Source of the DNA: Trypanosoma brucei
Taxonomy: Eukaryota
Assembly (NCBI GenBank): GCA_000002445.1
Contig: CH464491.1
Location: forward strand, 2,112,001 to 2,176,000
DNA length: 64,000 nucleotides
Direction: 5' to 3'
Shown here: positions 1-11,537 of the stretch, in pieces
How the letters are laid out: every line of letters starts with the position of its first letter
Position numbering within the stretch: position 1 is the stretch's first letter
Made by a program: the position numbers and the translations under genes
The notes under the pieces: generated by a model
The model's input: the letters and a program-made list of their open reading frames with translations, nothing else
The model's database searches: none
What the model was told of the DNA's origin: nothing

Positions 1-200
1 CTCTATCCTTCCCGTTACCGCCCGTAGTCACTGAATTTATGTCACTTCCACAGACACATTCATACGCGTGTTAGCGTATACTAACTCAAACATGCCCTTT
101 TCATTCGATTTTCTTGCCGTTATTTCGGCTCCTCTTTCTTTCTTTTCCCTCTTTCCTTCCACTCACTTCGCTGTCGCTGTTGCTGTCGTTGTTGTTCATT

Positions 201-866
201 TTATTCAGACAAACGATCTGAGTTTGTGTTGAGGAAAATAGTGCAAAATACTAGGGACAACACAGAAAACGCGAGACTGAATCCGAAAATCATTACAGCT
301 GGCCCATACTCAAAGCCAAGTGACCTTAACGTCATTTTGTAGCAAAGTGGTGACGAAACAGTGTCTACGGAAGCCTTAACGGCGACTGCAGACGCAACAG
401 TGCAAAGGGCAAGATTAAATAACATAAAGGTCTTGGGAACGAAAGCGTTGCCGAAGATCATTGTAGTGTTAAAAACAATCGCCAAGAAACATGGTATTGT
501 AAACCCCAATGCCGAGATGTGAAATACCGTCACATTTGTGACAAACTTCTTGCACAACGTCGTTTCAATATCGTGCGTCAGGCATTCCTCATCTGTGCAC
601 ACCCAAACATTCTGCCAGTCGATAAACACCTCATAATTGTCCTTCTCAAGTTTCCCTGTTGAGCTGTTGCTCCCTGCGAGCACGAGGCAAAGAGCCGCAA
701 CCAACAAAATCTCCAGTACGATATTTTGAATGCGGTACCGTTTGACTTTCACTGGGCCATATGGCGCACTGGTGTGCCGTTCAAAGGCTAAATCATCGTT
801 GGGGTCCGTTGTGGTTGTTTGTCCCCGTTCCACTCGCTTGCTAGCAACCTCACAGTTTTGAAGCAT
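201..866 (-). CDS. Small 4-TM membrane protein with a cysteine-containing first extracellular loop; amastin-like or claudin-like topology, unconfirmed.
   Basis: The 221-aa ORF has four hydrophobic segments (IVLEILLVAALCLVLAG, VFHISALGFTIPCFLAIVF, FMLFNLALCTVASAVAV, AVMIFGFSLAFSVLSLVFCTIF). The largest loop lies between TM1 and TM2 and contains Cys residues (WVCTDEECLTHD...LCKKF). The topology is my inference from the sequence. Confidence 0.45.
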   Translation of the reverse strand: MLQNCEVASKRVERGQTTTTDPNDDLAFERHTSAPYGPVKVKRYRIQNIVLEILLVAALCLVLAGSNSSTGKLEKDNYEVFIDWQNVWVCTDEECLTHDIETTLCKKFVTNVTVFHISALGFTIPCFLAIVFNTTMIFGNAFVPKTFMLFNLALCTVASAVAVKASVDTVSSPLCYKMTLRSLGFEYGPAVMIFGFSLAFSVLSLVFCTIFLNTNSDRLSE

Positions 867-1339
867 ACCAACTGCTAACTTGTGCCTGCTAATGATTTCA
901 GAGATGAGGCAAACGCTACCGAGTTGTTGTTTTTTTTTTTTGCCCTATTCCCTTTTTTCCTCTCTTCACCTTTTCTTTCCTATTTATTTTTTTCCACAAG
1001 GCGAAGTGGCGGGGGTACCACAGGTGCCATTGTATCAATGGTGAATAATGAAAGATGAAGGAACTAGCAGTTTTGTGATCCAGACACGAGGCATATACGG
1101 AACAGCGGCAGTACCGTGACGAAAGTGAAAGGTCGGAAACAAAGGAAAGGAGGTTGGGCACAGAAGTAAAAAAATCAACAAGAAATCAAACAGCAACAGG
1201 AAGAGGAATGGGACAAGAGATAGCCTTACAGAGCACTTGATGCCCACCATCTGCAACTGCCTTGCTTTCGCTTCTCTTTCTTTTCTTTCCTGCCTTGTGT
1301 TTCTTTTTTTGTTGCGTTGCATGACGTCAGCAGGCGGCG

Positions 1340-1373
<34 letters not shown>

Positions 1374-2431
1374 CCTTCTCGTTCCCTTCTGGTAACACGC
1401 TTACGAGGGGGGGAGAAGTAACGGTACATATATATATTTATTTATGGTCTCATTCCACCAAAAAAGGGCGAATTCAAGGCACTACATCACCTAATTTTGT
1501 GTTTTCCTTTTTTCATTTTTTTCATGCATTTTTTACCCCTTATCTGACGTGTACCTCTGCATTTCCCCCAGTGGCGCACAGTTTTCGGTTGCACCGTTAT
1601 TAGGTCAGATTGCGGCGAGTACGGTTGTGTGTATGCAATGAGTAAACAAATAAAGCGGACGAGGTAGGGTCCGCAACGGCCACTTCTAAACTCAGATCAT
1701 AATGGCGCAAGTCGCTTCCCAACAGCGGAACCAATTTGTAAAAGTTCCCTCCGCCTCTCCTGGCCCTTAGAAGGAAATATATATATATATATATTATGTA
1801 TGCTTAAAAAGAAACGAAAACCTCTGCTGCTGGTGGCCTCCTCTTCTCATTGGAATACTACGAGTTTTTCACTGGGGAAGAGTGGATATGAAGGGTTCTG
1901 TCTGTGTCTTCCAGAGAAACTAATGTATAGTTTTTTTTGCTTACGTTGTCTCCCCTTGTTCTCTTTCCGCCTCTATTACTACACAATGCTATCACTGTTT
2001 TCATTTCCCGTCCCCTCACATCCTCCCTCAGCTAAACAATAACCAAATATTATTCCCCCCTTTGACTCGCAAGCCTCTATCGTTTCCACTCAACATACTC
2101 CACCACTCCTCTCCTTTCCCAGCCCTAGTTCCATCCATAGACAGTCACATCTAGAAAAATTATTTTAAAAACGAACAAACAAAAGACACATACATACGTA
2201 CATCTTTGTGCGTACAATCCCTCCACTTCTTCGTATCATCAGGGCACCTCGTTACATACATGCAGCGCGCACTGTTTTAAGAGAATCAAAACATCCACTG
2301 CGTCGCTGTGGTCAGGAGGCTGTATCTGTACGAGTACGAAAAAGATAACAAACACACATACACACACACATACATATATTTATAATATAGAGCGTCAAAG
2401 GGGAGGAGTGCACGCACATAGATAAATAGGA

Positions 2432-4321
2432 TTACAGCGTCTTAAACTCCAAGTCACAGACAGACCAAATCATAATAGCGCCTTCGTCACCAACGGACAC
2501 AATTTTCTTGCCGTCGGGGGAAACACGTACTTTCGTGATATTGCAGCTGTGTGCCAAACCGACAGCGGCGCATGAGCCCTCGTCGTACCCCCAAACCTTT
2601 ACAATACGGTCAGCGCCACCCGAAACGAAAAAGCGGCCATCGGTGGACAAAGAAAGACTATTCACTTCAGCTGTCTTACTTCCGGGAACCTCGCGAATGG
2701 CTCCACAGTCCACGGAATCCCACCAGGTGATATTTTTGTTTGTCCCTGTAGTGAGCAACTGGCTTTCGTCTACGTAGTACGCTACCGCACGGAACCTTGT
2801 TTGCGAATAAATCACATCCCGACGGACGTGACGCACCAGATCCCACACGATGCAGCTACCGTCATCGCTGGCGCTGACACACTGCGTGTTATCGCGTGTA
2901 ATGGCAATGGCATTCACGATTCCCTTGTGCTCGCTCAAAGAGGCCTCAAGTGTGCAGTGAGTTTCCCGCACCTGCCATACACGAACAAGCCCGTCAGCAC
3001 CACCAGATATGATGCGTTCGGAGCTGTTGTCCGTGCACACAGCAGTAACGCCAGTAACCCCGTTGGCGGACTTCAGTCCCTCTTTTTTGTGGGCGTCATT
3101 AACAGCAAATATCAGTTTTCCACTTTGTGGGCCAAAAGCGCGAAGTTTCCCATCGTCCCAGCCAGAAACTATCATGGAACCATCCTTAGAGAACTGAATG
3201 CAGTTGCAAGTTAACCCTGCTATCTCAATGCGCAGAAGCTCTGCCGACGATGCCGCGTTCCACACTCTAATATCGGGTCCGCAGCACGTTGCGAAGAGCG
3301 CGCTAAGCCCCTCAGGGAAAACCACATCATTTATCGTGTCGCTGTGGCACGTAAGACGCAACTCTGCACGGAAGTTCCCCCCCTCAACAAGGTACACATT
3401 ACTGCTCATCGTTCCAACAAGAAACCCATGAGGAACCGTGCAAATTCCCGTAACAGAGCCTTGCACTGTTACCGTCTTAAGAATTGTCAGGTTAATCTTC
3501 GAAAGTAATGCCACTTCACCGGAACCACTTCCCACAAGCACATCACCTGAGGGATCAAGCACCATTGAAGTTATGCCACCAGACAACATCTGCTGCGGGC
3601 CGCTCATTTTGTATGCAAGAGCATCACGTTCCAGCAGCACACACATCACGTACCCAGTTGTTGTGCCGCAGTACGCGTAGCGGTCGGTCGCCTCCACAAC
3701 AACGGAGGTGATGCAGCGACGGGTGTTCCCCACATTCACGTCTTCTGCGGTCATTTTGCGATCCTTACCGTCAATAGTCCACACACGGAGTGACCCTATC
3801 CCTGCTGTGATAAGCTTATCACTGCTATTGTTGTAGAAAACAACGGTCTTGGATTCGGTATGGTGCGCAGGTGCACCGCAGAGTGGACGACCCGTGGCCA
3901 CGTCCCAAACGACGACAGCCTTGTCGTCTATTCCACCGATAGAAGCCAGGTACCGCTCGTCTGAAGAGAATGCGAGCGCCTGTACCTTCACTTTGTGGAG
4001 AAGCATGCGATGAATCATGCGGCGCTGTTCGAAATCGAAAATGCAAACGTCCGCCTGAAATCCTGGGTGAGCCATCTGCCCTGACGCAATGTAACGGCCG
4101 CTTGCGCTCACGGCCAGGTAGCTGATTTTGTCATTGTGGCCGTAAAGGAAGTCAGAGGAAGACCGGTCACTTATTTTCTGAATGACAATGCACGCTCCCA
4201 AAGCGTATATCAGATGTTCTCCATTGGGGTGCGCAAGGATACTGTTGGGAATGCGGCCGCTGTAGCCAATGACACCATCGAGGGTCAACCGCGGGGTTGT
4301 TTCGTACTCCTTCGCTGCCAT
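2432..4321 (-). CDS. CFAP52: WD40-repeat protein, an ortholog of CFAP52/WDR16 (axonemal, cilia- and flagella-associated protein 52).
   Basis: The ORF spans 2432..4438; I trimmed the start to the internal Met (MAAKEYETT...) at 4321. There is strong similarity to human WDR16/CFAP52 from memory. LDGVIGYSGRIPNSILAHPNGEHLIYALGACIVIQKI matches LDAVIGFNGHVPTGLKCHPDQEHMIYPLGCTVLIQAI, and GGIDDKAVVVWD matches GGPDDGSVVVWS. The C-terminal HSCNITKVRVSPDGKKIVSVGDEGAIMIW matches HSGNITRIRISPGNQYIVSVSADGAIL. WD repeats run throughout. Confidence 0.85.
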   Translation of the reverse strand: MAAKEYETTPRLTLDGVIGYSGRIPNSILAHPNGEHLIYALGACIVIQKISDRSSSDFLYGHNDKISYLAVSASGRYIASGQMAHPGFQADVCIFDFEQRRMIHRMLLHKVKVQALAFSSDERYLASIGGIDDKAVVVWDVATGRPLCGAPAHHTESKTVVFYNNSSDKLITAGIGSLRVWTIDGKDRKMTAEDVNVGNTRRCITSVVVEATDRYAYCGTTTGYVMCVLLERDALAYKMSGPQQMLSGGITSMVLDPSGDVLVGSGSGEVALLSKINLTILKTVTVQGSVTGICTVPHGFLVGTMSSNVYLVEGGNFRAELRLTCHSDTINDVVFPEGLSALFATCCGPDIRVWNAASSAELLRIEIAGLTCNCIQFSKDGSMIVSGWDDGKLRAFGPQSGKLIFAVNDAHKKEGLKSANGVTGVTAVCTDNSSERIISGGADGLVRVWQVRETHCTLEASLSEHKGIVNAIAITRDNTQCVSASDDGSCIVWDLVRHVRRDVIYSQTRFRAVAYYVDESQLLTTGTNKNITWWDSVDCGAIREVPGSKTAEVNSLSLSTDGRFFVSGGADRIVKVWGYDEGSCAAVGLAHSCNITKVRVSPDGKKIVSVGDEGAIMIWSVCDLEFKTL

Positions 4322-6516
4322 ATCAACACAACGGAAGGGTGGCAGTTGGACTCTGTAAAGCAATAAATATGCGTCAATGCACTGCCCGCTTTTCTTTTTA
4401 GTCCCCGCCCCTTTTTTTTGACGAGATGCTACTTTCAATTTACAGCACTCTCTATTTTATACTTTTTCTTAACCTTTGAATCGATTTTTTCCTTTGTTTG
4501 CAACTTGGACACTCTTTTCAACCGCGTGGGAAAACAGAAAGGACGAGGGGAGAAGGAACCGAATGGGTTTGCGAAAGACATCACTAAACCTTAATGGAAA
4601 ATAAAACAACAGTAGAGCGCAAAACCTGCATCCTTATTTCCAGCACTGCTGCTTCAAATCATTTAGCAATATAATCACCTCATACGACAACAACGCCATA
4701 GAATCTTTCCAACAACAACGGTGCCTCCATCGCCACCGCCTCTCATCTACGAAGACTAGCGACGTACAAGTACTGTTCACACACATGAAAGCATTTCGAA
4801 TACAGTAACCGCAAGCACAAGAGCACGGACACAAATCGACTTCTCCATCGCCTTCATTAATGTTCCAACAACCACAACAAAGAGGCACAAGAGCCCATGC
4901 GTGACCGCACTAACATACAAATGCAGACGCATATATATGCATTTATCCATCCGTGTTGATTTCTACTATCCGATCATTTGGGGTTGCGACGCTCCTATAA
5001 CTAAAACCGGACAGTAATAAGAGAAGTGAGAGTGTAGATAATGAAACAGTTGGTGCATAGAGAGAGAAAGAGAGGAAAGCTGTGCAGGGCAAATAACAGA
5101 AGAAATATAAATGACAAGCAATACAACGCACCGCTCCATCCTCTCCTCTTGTTACTACACACAGCAATGATAGGCCAGCAGTAGGAACTGTGAACAGCAA
5201 AAAAAAAACGTAGCTGTTTAAATCATAGCGATCCCATCACTTTCTTCAACATTCTCCTCCTTCTTCTTCTTTCCTTCCCTCTCTTTCTTTGTTTTTTTTT
5301 CGATTCCATGAGGAAAAAGAAGGAAAGTGAAGAAAATAGACACGACAACGACGAAAGAAAACATGAGAACAAAAGAGTGGGTGAGAAGAAAAATTTGTGA
5401 CTTTCTTCCCTTTTGTAGAGCGTAGCGGGTGCTGAAAATAACTGGTGATCAGAGAGTCAAATATGATTACAAGCGTGACGGGACAGATACAAGTGCCCAA
5501 GGGGTCTGGGTAAGAAAATATATTAACCACTTTCCCTTCGGTACACCTATCCCAATGACTTTTCCTCTCCTTTTTGTTTAATTTCCCCGTTTTTTTCCCT
5601 CCTTCACCGCGTGGCACGTGGCGTCACTTCAACTCATTATTTTCAACTACAGGGGTGGACGCCCTCCTCAGCAACAAACAATGATTGAATACAAAAAAAG
5701 CAGTAAAACGGGATATGCAGCGATAAGACAACGGGGTATGGTGTTGTTGGCGTAGGTATTCAGAGGAATAAAAACAATAACAAAAATGGGGAATTGCTGA
5801 AAGAAAGAAAGAAGGAACGCGAAAAAAAAAACTAAAACAAAAAACAAGACAACACCGTGCCACGCTTTGGCCCGGAGTGAAGCAAGCACAAAAGGTCAGG
5901 AGGTAAGTGATCGGAAGCAAAAAACAAATAAACACAAACACACGCACAAAAAAAAAGGAACAAAAAAAAGTTGCGCCCAAGCGCTGCAGACACCAATAAA
6001 AAACTCACGCAGTAGCAGGAGTGAAAAAAGAAGCGGAAAGTTAAGAAGTGAATTGAATAAAAGAAAATAGGAAATGTTCACTGCCAATTCAGCTCTCAAC
6101 CTCTTTCTCTCTTTCTCCACCCCCAAATTCCTTTTTCGCTCTACATTCCTTAAGCGGCACACGACAAAACCGGCATTAATGCTTTGCAGTGATATGCATT
6201 GGTAAAAAAAACGCATACACACATATATCATCTTAATAATCACACAGATACACACGCGAGAGTGACACACCCCAATTGTGTTCGATTGGTAAGCGTTTTT
6301 TAGCACTGTTCTTCCACTTTAATTCGTTTTCCTATTTCCTCTTTTTCCTTATTTGGCTCGTTCGTTCTTGATTCACGCTTTCGTGTTTGTCGTCTCCATA
6401 CGCAACAAACATAAACACATTCGACAAACGGACACGCCACTGGCACTGCCATCAGCAGCAACAACAGCAAAAATTTGTACAGAAGAAAACAAAAAGTATG
6501 AAACAACGTATGAAAA

Positions 6517-8694
6517 TTACACACCACAGATGAGTTGAGTAGCATCCAAGCGTCTCAGTTTCTCGCCGTACTCCATGGGAATAAAGAGAGGAGGCTCCAT
6601 CGTTTCGAAATAGTCGAAAACCCTCAACCGCGCCCTTTCATAGCTTTGAATAAGTGAAGAAGCCGCTACACATAACTCCATACGGGCATTCGAAGCTGCC
6701 GGAGCGCTGGCCAATAATGGCGTATGCACTTGGGTAGAAGACAGGGGGACATAAACACTGTTCAGTATTCCCACGGCAGCATCAATCATATCTTTCCATT
6801 CGCGCATGTCTTTGTTCTCTACACGTCGGATATAGGCGGTGTCACGCCGGATGTCATCATCGGTGCCCTCCATAACAATAGCTCCGGGTGAAGTGAGGAG
6901 GTCGAACGTTTTGCACACCGCTAATAACATACCAGGCTTAAGGTCTTCCAGTGTCGAGTTTCGCGTAAGATTTTTGTACGTCGGCAGGGCCTGAATGGCG
7001 CGGAAGCCCGGAATACATAAGTAGGAGGATTCAGCTGCGCGTACAAACACTACATGGAGAGTGACATCTACTTTTAGCGAATTGTATAACTGAGGGGCGG
7101 GAGGCCACGGTAGAGCATCTCGACTGTCACCCCCACAGTGCTCACCACTGACATCAAGACGGGAAAACTCATCCTCAGGTATGGAGGAAGCGCATAAAAG
7201 TAAGTACATCATGAGTTTATACTGATCATACCCAACAAAACTGGTTGCCCGTGGGACATCACCCAACATGCGTGCATTAAGCTCAATCAACACAGGCATT
7301 CCTTTGGTGGAGCTACCGGGGCGATTATCCACGCGGACCTCACAATGCGAGCACCCCTGTTGCAACCCGAGAGCATCAAGACACTTTAACGTGTAAGCTA
7401 CCACACGTCTTTCCTCACTGCTCGCGGGTAACTTCGACAACTCATGCACAAATTCTATGCGATCATACATCAATACGGTGGTGGTGTGTGGCACCGGCTC
7501 CCTCCCGCGGCCGCTCGTTAGGTACGACTGCATTAGCTTCTTTTCCACAGATGGCCTCAGACGGGTACTTTTCACCGGGTATGGATACTTCCAGCTCTTC
7601 CATACATCCGACACGACATGTATTCCCATGTAGCTTACAACATTGACGACGTATTCAGGGCCCTCGATGTACTCCTGCAGCAACATATGGGAGGCGTCCG
7701 TTTGCTGAGTCGTTTGAACTTCGGAAGAAACTGCAAACGCGATGTCAACATCATTTTCGTCATAGCATAGGGTGACGAATTCGGATCCTGCACCACTGAC
7801 AGGTTTCACTATAACAGGAAACATTATCCGTTCCCTCCTCATCTGCCGTTTCATTTCCCCCACATCACGTCCAGAGAACCCTTTGATATACAGCAAACCG
7901 TGCTCCTTCAATGTGTTTTGCATACTGCTCTTGTCTTGCCTTTTTGACACCGACGTTGCAGGGTCATTTCCCAGTAAAATGCGCGTCCTACGTGCGGTAG
8001 ACAACGCAGCATCAGCGCAACACGGAACCTGAGCGTGCGCACGCGCATATGTCTCTGATATTGACCTAGGCACCCTACAGCACCGACCGGAACCTCCATA
8101 CGGATAGGCGAGGCGGCGGGTGTCGGGGTCACCAAAGTGCCTTCGATGAAGGTAGTCCACAAGTGGTACTACTCCATCAACCGCGGTAACAAACGCAACA
8201 ATGTCTGAGAATCCCTCTGTAACGACCTTCCTCTGATAGAAGTCTTCATAAGCAGCCGGCCCGTCTAACACATCAGCAGCATCTGTGTCAACGAAATGTA
8301 CCTCAATCCCAGGCCCGGAGTTGATTTTTTCTGCTACCTCAGCCCATGTCAGTAAGGGATATCCCTTTGAGCGTCCGTTTAGGTTTGCTTTGCTGAAACA
8401 AGGGAGCTGCGAGCTGTCAATGGGCAGTAACGACTTGGCAAGATCCTGCATATGCTCACGCTGAAGCAAATATACCTCAACAGCTACCAGACAAGGCCGT
8501 TCTTTACGCCTCAGATCAGCTACACATGCATCTACATTCGGCCAGTGCCGGCGAACTGTGCACTGAGCAGACTCCCACGAACAACCGAAGTTGTCCACGA
8601 GATAATTTATTAGCCGGGCATAGTCTTCGTTATCGACGGTTGGAGAGGTCTGAAGAAGTTTGTCGCAGTGGCTGCACTGCTCCTCCTTCGGCAT
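6517..8694 (-). CDS. ATP-grasp domain protein, a putative amino-acid or peptide ligase of unknown specificity.
   Basis: The 725-aa ORF has ATP-grasp-type motifs in its central part: FPVIVKPVSGAGSEFV, LLQEYIEGPEYVVNVV and GCSHCEVRV...PVLIELNARMLG. The N-terminal roughly 250 aa are unassigned. Confidence 0.55.
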   Translation of the reverse strand: MPKEEQCSHCDKLLQTSPTVDNEDYARLINYLVDNFGCSWESAQCTVRRHWPNVDACVADLRRKERPCLVAVEVYLLQREHMQDLAKSLLPIDSSQLPCFSKANLNGRSKGYPLLTWAEVAEKINSGPGIEVHFVDTDAADVLDGPAAYEDFYQRKVVTEGFSDIVAFVTAVDGVVPLVDYLHRRHFGDPDTRRLAYPYGGSGRCCRVPRSISETYARAHAQVPCCADAALSTARRTRILLGNDPATSVSKRQDKSSMQNTLKEHGLLYIKGFSGRDVGEMKRQMRRERIMFPVIVKPVSGAGSEFVTLCYDENDVDIAFAVSSEVQTTQQTDASHMLLQEYIEGPEYVVNVVSYMGIHVVSDVWKSWKYPYPVKSTRLRPSVEKKLMQSYLTSGRGREPVPHTTTVLMYDRIEFVHELSKLPASSEERRVVAYTLKCLDALGLQQGCSHCEVRVDNRPGSSTKGMPVLIELNARMLGDVPRATSFVGYDQYKLMMYLLLCASSIPEDEFSRLDVSGEHCGGDSRDALPWPPAPQLYNSLKVDVTLHVVFVRAAESSYLCIPGFRAIQALPTYKNLTRNSTLEDLKPGMLLAVCKTFDLLTSPGAIVMEGTDDDIRRDTAYIRRVENKDMREWKDMIDAAVGILNSVYVPLSSTQVHTPLLASAPAASNARMELCVAASSLIQSYERARLRVFDYFETMEPPLFIPMEYGEKLRRLDATQLICGV

Positions 8695-9704
8695 ACACCC
8701 TTACCTGAAACGCGGTAAGAGCCGTATGGTGTCAGTTGATGATAAATAAATAAACAAATATATGTATACAATACCTATGCTTGTAGCCGGTCTTTCTTAA
8801 TTAACAGATGAATACTGATCTACCTTAATTTCTCCCCCTATTGGCCCAGAGGGTCAAACCAAATGTGAAGCACGGCGTGAAACACACCTCCCTAATTTAA
8901 AACTACCCACCATGCAGACAAATTAACCAACAGATAAAAAAGTAGAGAAAAGGTACTCTGAGAGCAGCGCCACATGATCGACACGTGTGCGTAAGCTTCC
9001 CTCCCCAGACACAAACACACACACCTCGCTTAAGGAAGCCACCCTCACAAAACCGAGTCTGTGCCCCCTCCGCAGCAGGCCCGTAAGATTCTTTACTAGC
9101 ATATAGTTTGTACTTCCACCTATACGACATACAAATTACAAATAGTGTTAGGACAAGATAATTACAAGCATATAGCGGGGAGACGGATGACGAAAGAAGG
9201 TAATAGTACAAGAGGAAAAGATAAAAGAAAAAGTTATGGGAGTGTGCTGCTTCGCCCTTCCTCTTCCTCTTCATCATCCGTCGTCCCATTACTATCGCAT
9301 ACCAATAATAATCCCACATTCACCTCCTCGGATCCGTCCCAACTGAACTCCGAAACAAAGCTCGCCTTCAAAAATGCCAGCTAACGTAACACTGGAAAAG
9401 AGGAACAAAAAAGTTACAAAGAGGGGAGTAAGGAACACAACAGAAGGTGTTTTTAATCAATGTCTGGCACCCACTCTGAGTCGTAACGTTCCACGGCCGT
9501 CCCTAACTCCCCTGAATTTTTTTAATGGATTAATACACCAAGGTGGAAGGTAAAGAAGAAAGTAAATGAAGGTAAAGCGCCACCTGCTACCTGGTGTGTA
9601 TACTTGTTCCGCTTCTCCCACCCCCCGCCCATCAGTCCAAAAAGCAAATACAAGTTTGCACGAGGAAATTGGCGCGGAACAATCCCTTTCCATGTTCCCT
9701 CCAC

Positions 9705-11537
9705 TTAAATTGAAAAGGCAACAGCTTCCTCAATGTAAGGCTCAACAGCTCTCACTTCTTCACAGCGGCGAGTGGCCGTCGGACCACCGTTAACTCTGTG
9801 TGAGTCACCACCGGACTTGTCATCCTCATCATCGCCTTCGATAACTTCATCTTCAAAGTAAAGCAGCTCCTTGTCGTCCTCCTCATCTGTGGGAGTCGAA
9901 CCGTTCCTTTCAAGAGTCGGTGTTGCCCTGTTCGTGCCGTTCACTGTGGAACAAGCTCTGGATGATGATTGCATTGAGAATATTGAATCAGAAACCTTAG
10001 ATTCGGAAGCCGAAACGGTGCCGTCGCGCTCTACACTCGATGCAGATTGACGGTGAAGGGGGAAAACAGAAGAAAATGAGTCCGTTTCCTCGTACTGTGC
10101 GCGCTCATCAGCACTCATCCCCATCCAAACCTTGCGCATGCGTTCAAAGAACGCACGGTTTCCACATGCCTTGCCCGTCATCATCAAGCCGTGGACATAA
10201 CACTGTTTCCAGTAAAAACGACGGAACGCAACACCGGAATGGTTGGATGCGGATATGGGTGCATAGAAGCAAAAACTAAGTGCGGCCTTCTGCAAGTCTG
10301 ACAAAAATGACCAGCGTAACATCGCCTCCTCTCGAGTAAGGCCATAGTCACGGCAGGCGTAACGAATAAACAGGTGAGCACCTCCAACCGGGTGCATCTC
10401 CATTGTTCGCTCAAAGCAGTAAAATTTGACTTGTTCTTCTTTCGGGATCATGTGCCAACTGGGAGACTCGTCTCTTGAACGCCGCAGCGTGGCATCCACG
10501 GATCCATTTTTTTTGATCACATATTTGTAGTGCTCGTGACGATAATATGTGAGGGCGGGACTTGTCATCGCCCGCACTTCCTTGAGCGCTGCCACGCCAC
10601 TCAAAACCTTTGCGGCAAAAACTCGCTCTTGCTCATACTCACGACGCAACTGGTCTTCATTATCCTCGGCCTCTTTTAAGCACTTTTGCTTCGCTTGGTT
10701 CGTTAGCTTCTTGAACGCCCGGTCAATGTGTGGCCGCTGGAATTTCGCAAGTTCTCCGATAACGTCCCGCTGCTCCTTAACCTCACTGCGCTCCACGAGC
10801 TCCTCGTTGCGAATCGGACCCTGACGCAGCGCCCACTCGTACATAGGGGGACAGACGCTAAAATCATTTCTCTTGAGCACCATGAAAGCCTGAAACAACC
10901 TAAACGACCCACCAACCTTAGCAGTAAAAAATTGACGCAAGTGTTTCTCCACATTGGCGTGGTAGTACAAGTTGATACTTATCCTTCCTGTCTTTTTGTT
11001 GGTGTACCGATCCCATTCCTCCTTTGTGGGTGGCTCCACACCGACGCTCTCAATCAATTCCACCAGATGGTCCCGGTTCTCGGGTTTCAGTATCTCGTTC
11101 TCCACCATCAGCACTATCCGGCGCGCTACAATTCCTGGTGCCTTCCTCGCTCCGTGAAAGCCGGTACTCACTAAAGAATTCACCTTATTTTTGAAAAAGA
11201 CGTACTGCTTCACATTGTCCGGTAAGTATCGGATGTGTTTTTCAACATTCGTTCCGATCGCCTGACGGTACTGGATGCGACGGTGGAAGAAAACGTCGTC
11301 GCGTATGCGGACTTCCCGACGGCTGCGTGGTTCCTTGTTGGTTTTCATGAGACGCTCACTGTTAAGGAAATTGTATTTCTTGCGATTTATTTTAACTTTG
11401 CCACGGTCTGTCCCAGGTGAAGGGTACGACGCCACCGAGCGTGTGGAAATGCAGAGCGCCGGAACGATGGCTTGAAGGTTGTTGGGACAGTGGAGGAGGC
11501 CTGAGGCCTTGCCAATAAACGACAGAGGCCTTCTCAT
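9705..11537 (-). CDS. Conserved hypothetical protein; the N-terminus looks like a mitochondrial presequence.
   Basis: The 610-aa ORF has coding-like complexity over its whole length. The N-terminus (MRRPLSFIGKASGLLHCPNNLQAIVPALCISTRSVAS) is rich in R, S and T. The C-terminus is acidic (EEDDKELLYFEDEVIEGDDEDD). I recognise no domain. Confidence 0.5.
   Translation of the reverse strand: MRRPLSFIGKASGLLHCPNNLQAIVPALCISTRSVASYPSPGTDRGKVKINRKKYNFLNSERLMKTNKEPRSRREVRIRDDVFFHRRIQYRQAIGTNVEKHIRYLPDNVKQYVFFKNKVNSLVSTGFHGARKAPGIVARRIVLMVENEILKPENRDHLVELIESVGVEPPTKEEWDRYTNKKTGRISINLYYHANVEKHLRQFFTAKVGGSFRLFQAFMVLKRNDFSVCPPMYEWALRQGPIRNEELVERSEVKEQRDVIGELAKFQRPHIDRAFKKLTNQAKQKCLKEAEDNEDQLRREYEQERVFAAKVLSGVAALKEVRAMTSPALTYYRHEHYKYVIKKNGSVDATLRRSRDESPSWHMIPKEEQVKFYCFERTMEMHPVGGAHLFIRYACRDYGLTREEAMLRWSFLSDLQKAALSFCFYAPISASNHSGVAFRRFYWKQCYVHGLMMTGKACGNRAFFERMRKVWMGMSADERAQYEETDSFSSVFPLHRQSASSVERDGTVSASESKVSDSIFSMQSSSRACSTVNGTNRATPTLERNGSTPTDEEDDKELLYFEDEVIEGDDEDDKSGGDSHRVNGGPTATRRCEEVRAVEPYIEEAVAFSI

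Noticed and set aside
1226-1429. An ORF containing IYIYIYIYI.
   Set aside because: It is a translation of a (TA)n microsatellite at 1341..1372, inside an intergenic region.
2508-4366. Numerous 60-140 aa plus-strand ORFs overlapping the CFAP52 gene, and similar antisense ORFs inside other large CDS (RNR1, MCM2, SDR, the 974-aa protein).
   Set aside because: They are antisense shadows of long genuine CDS on the opposite strand. They have no homology and no independent support.
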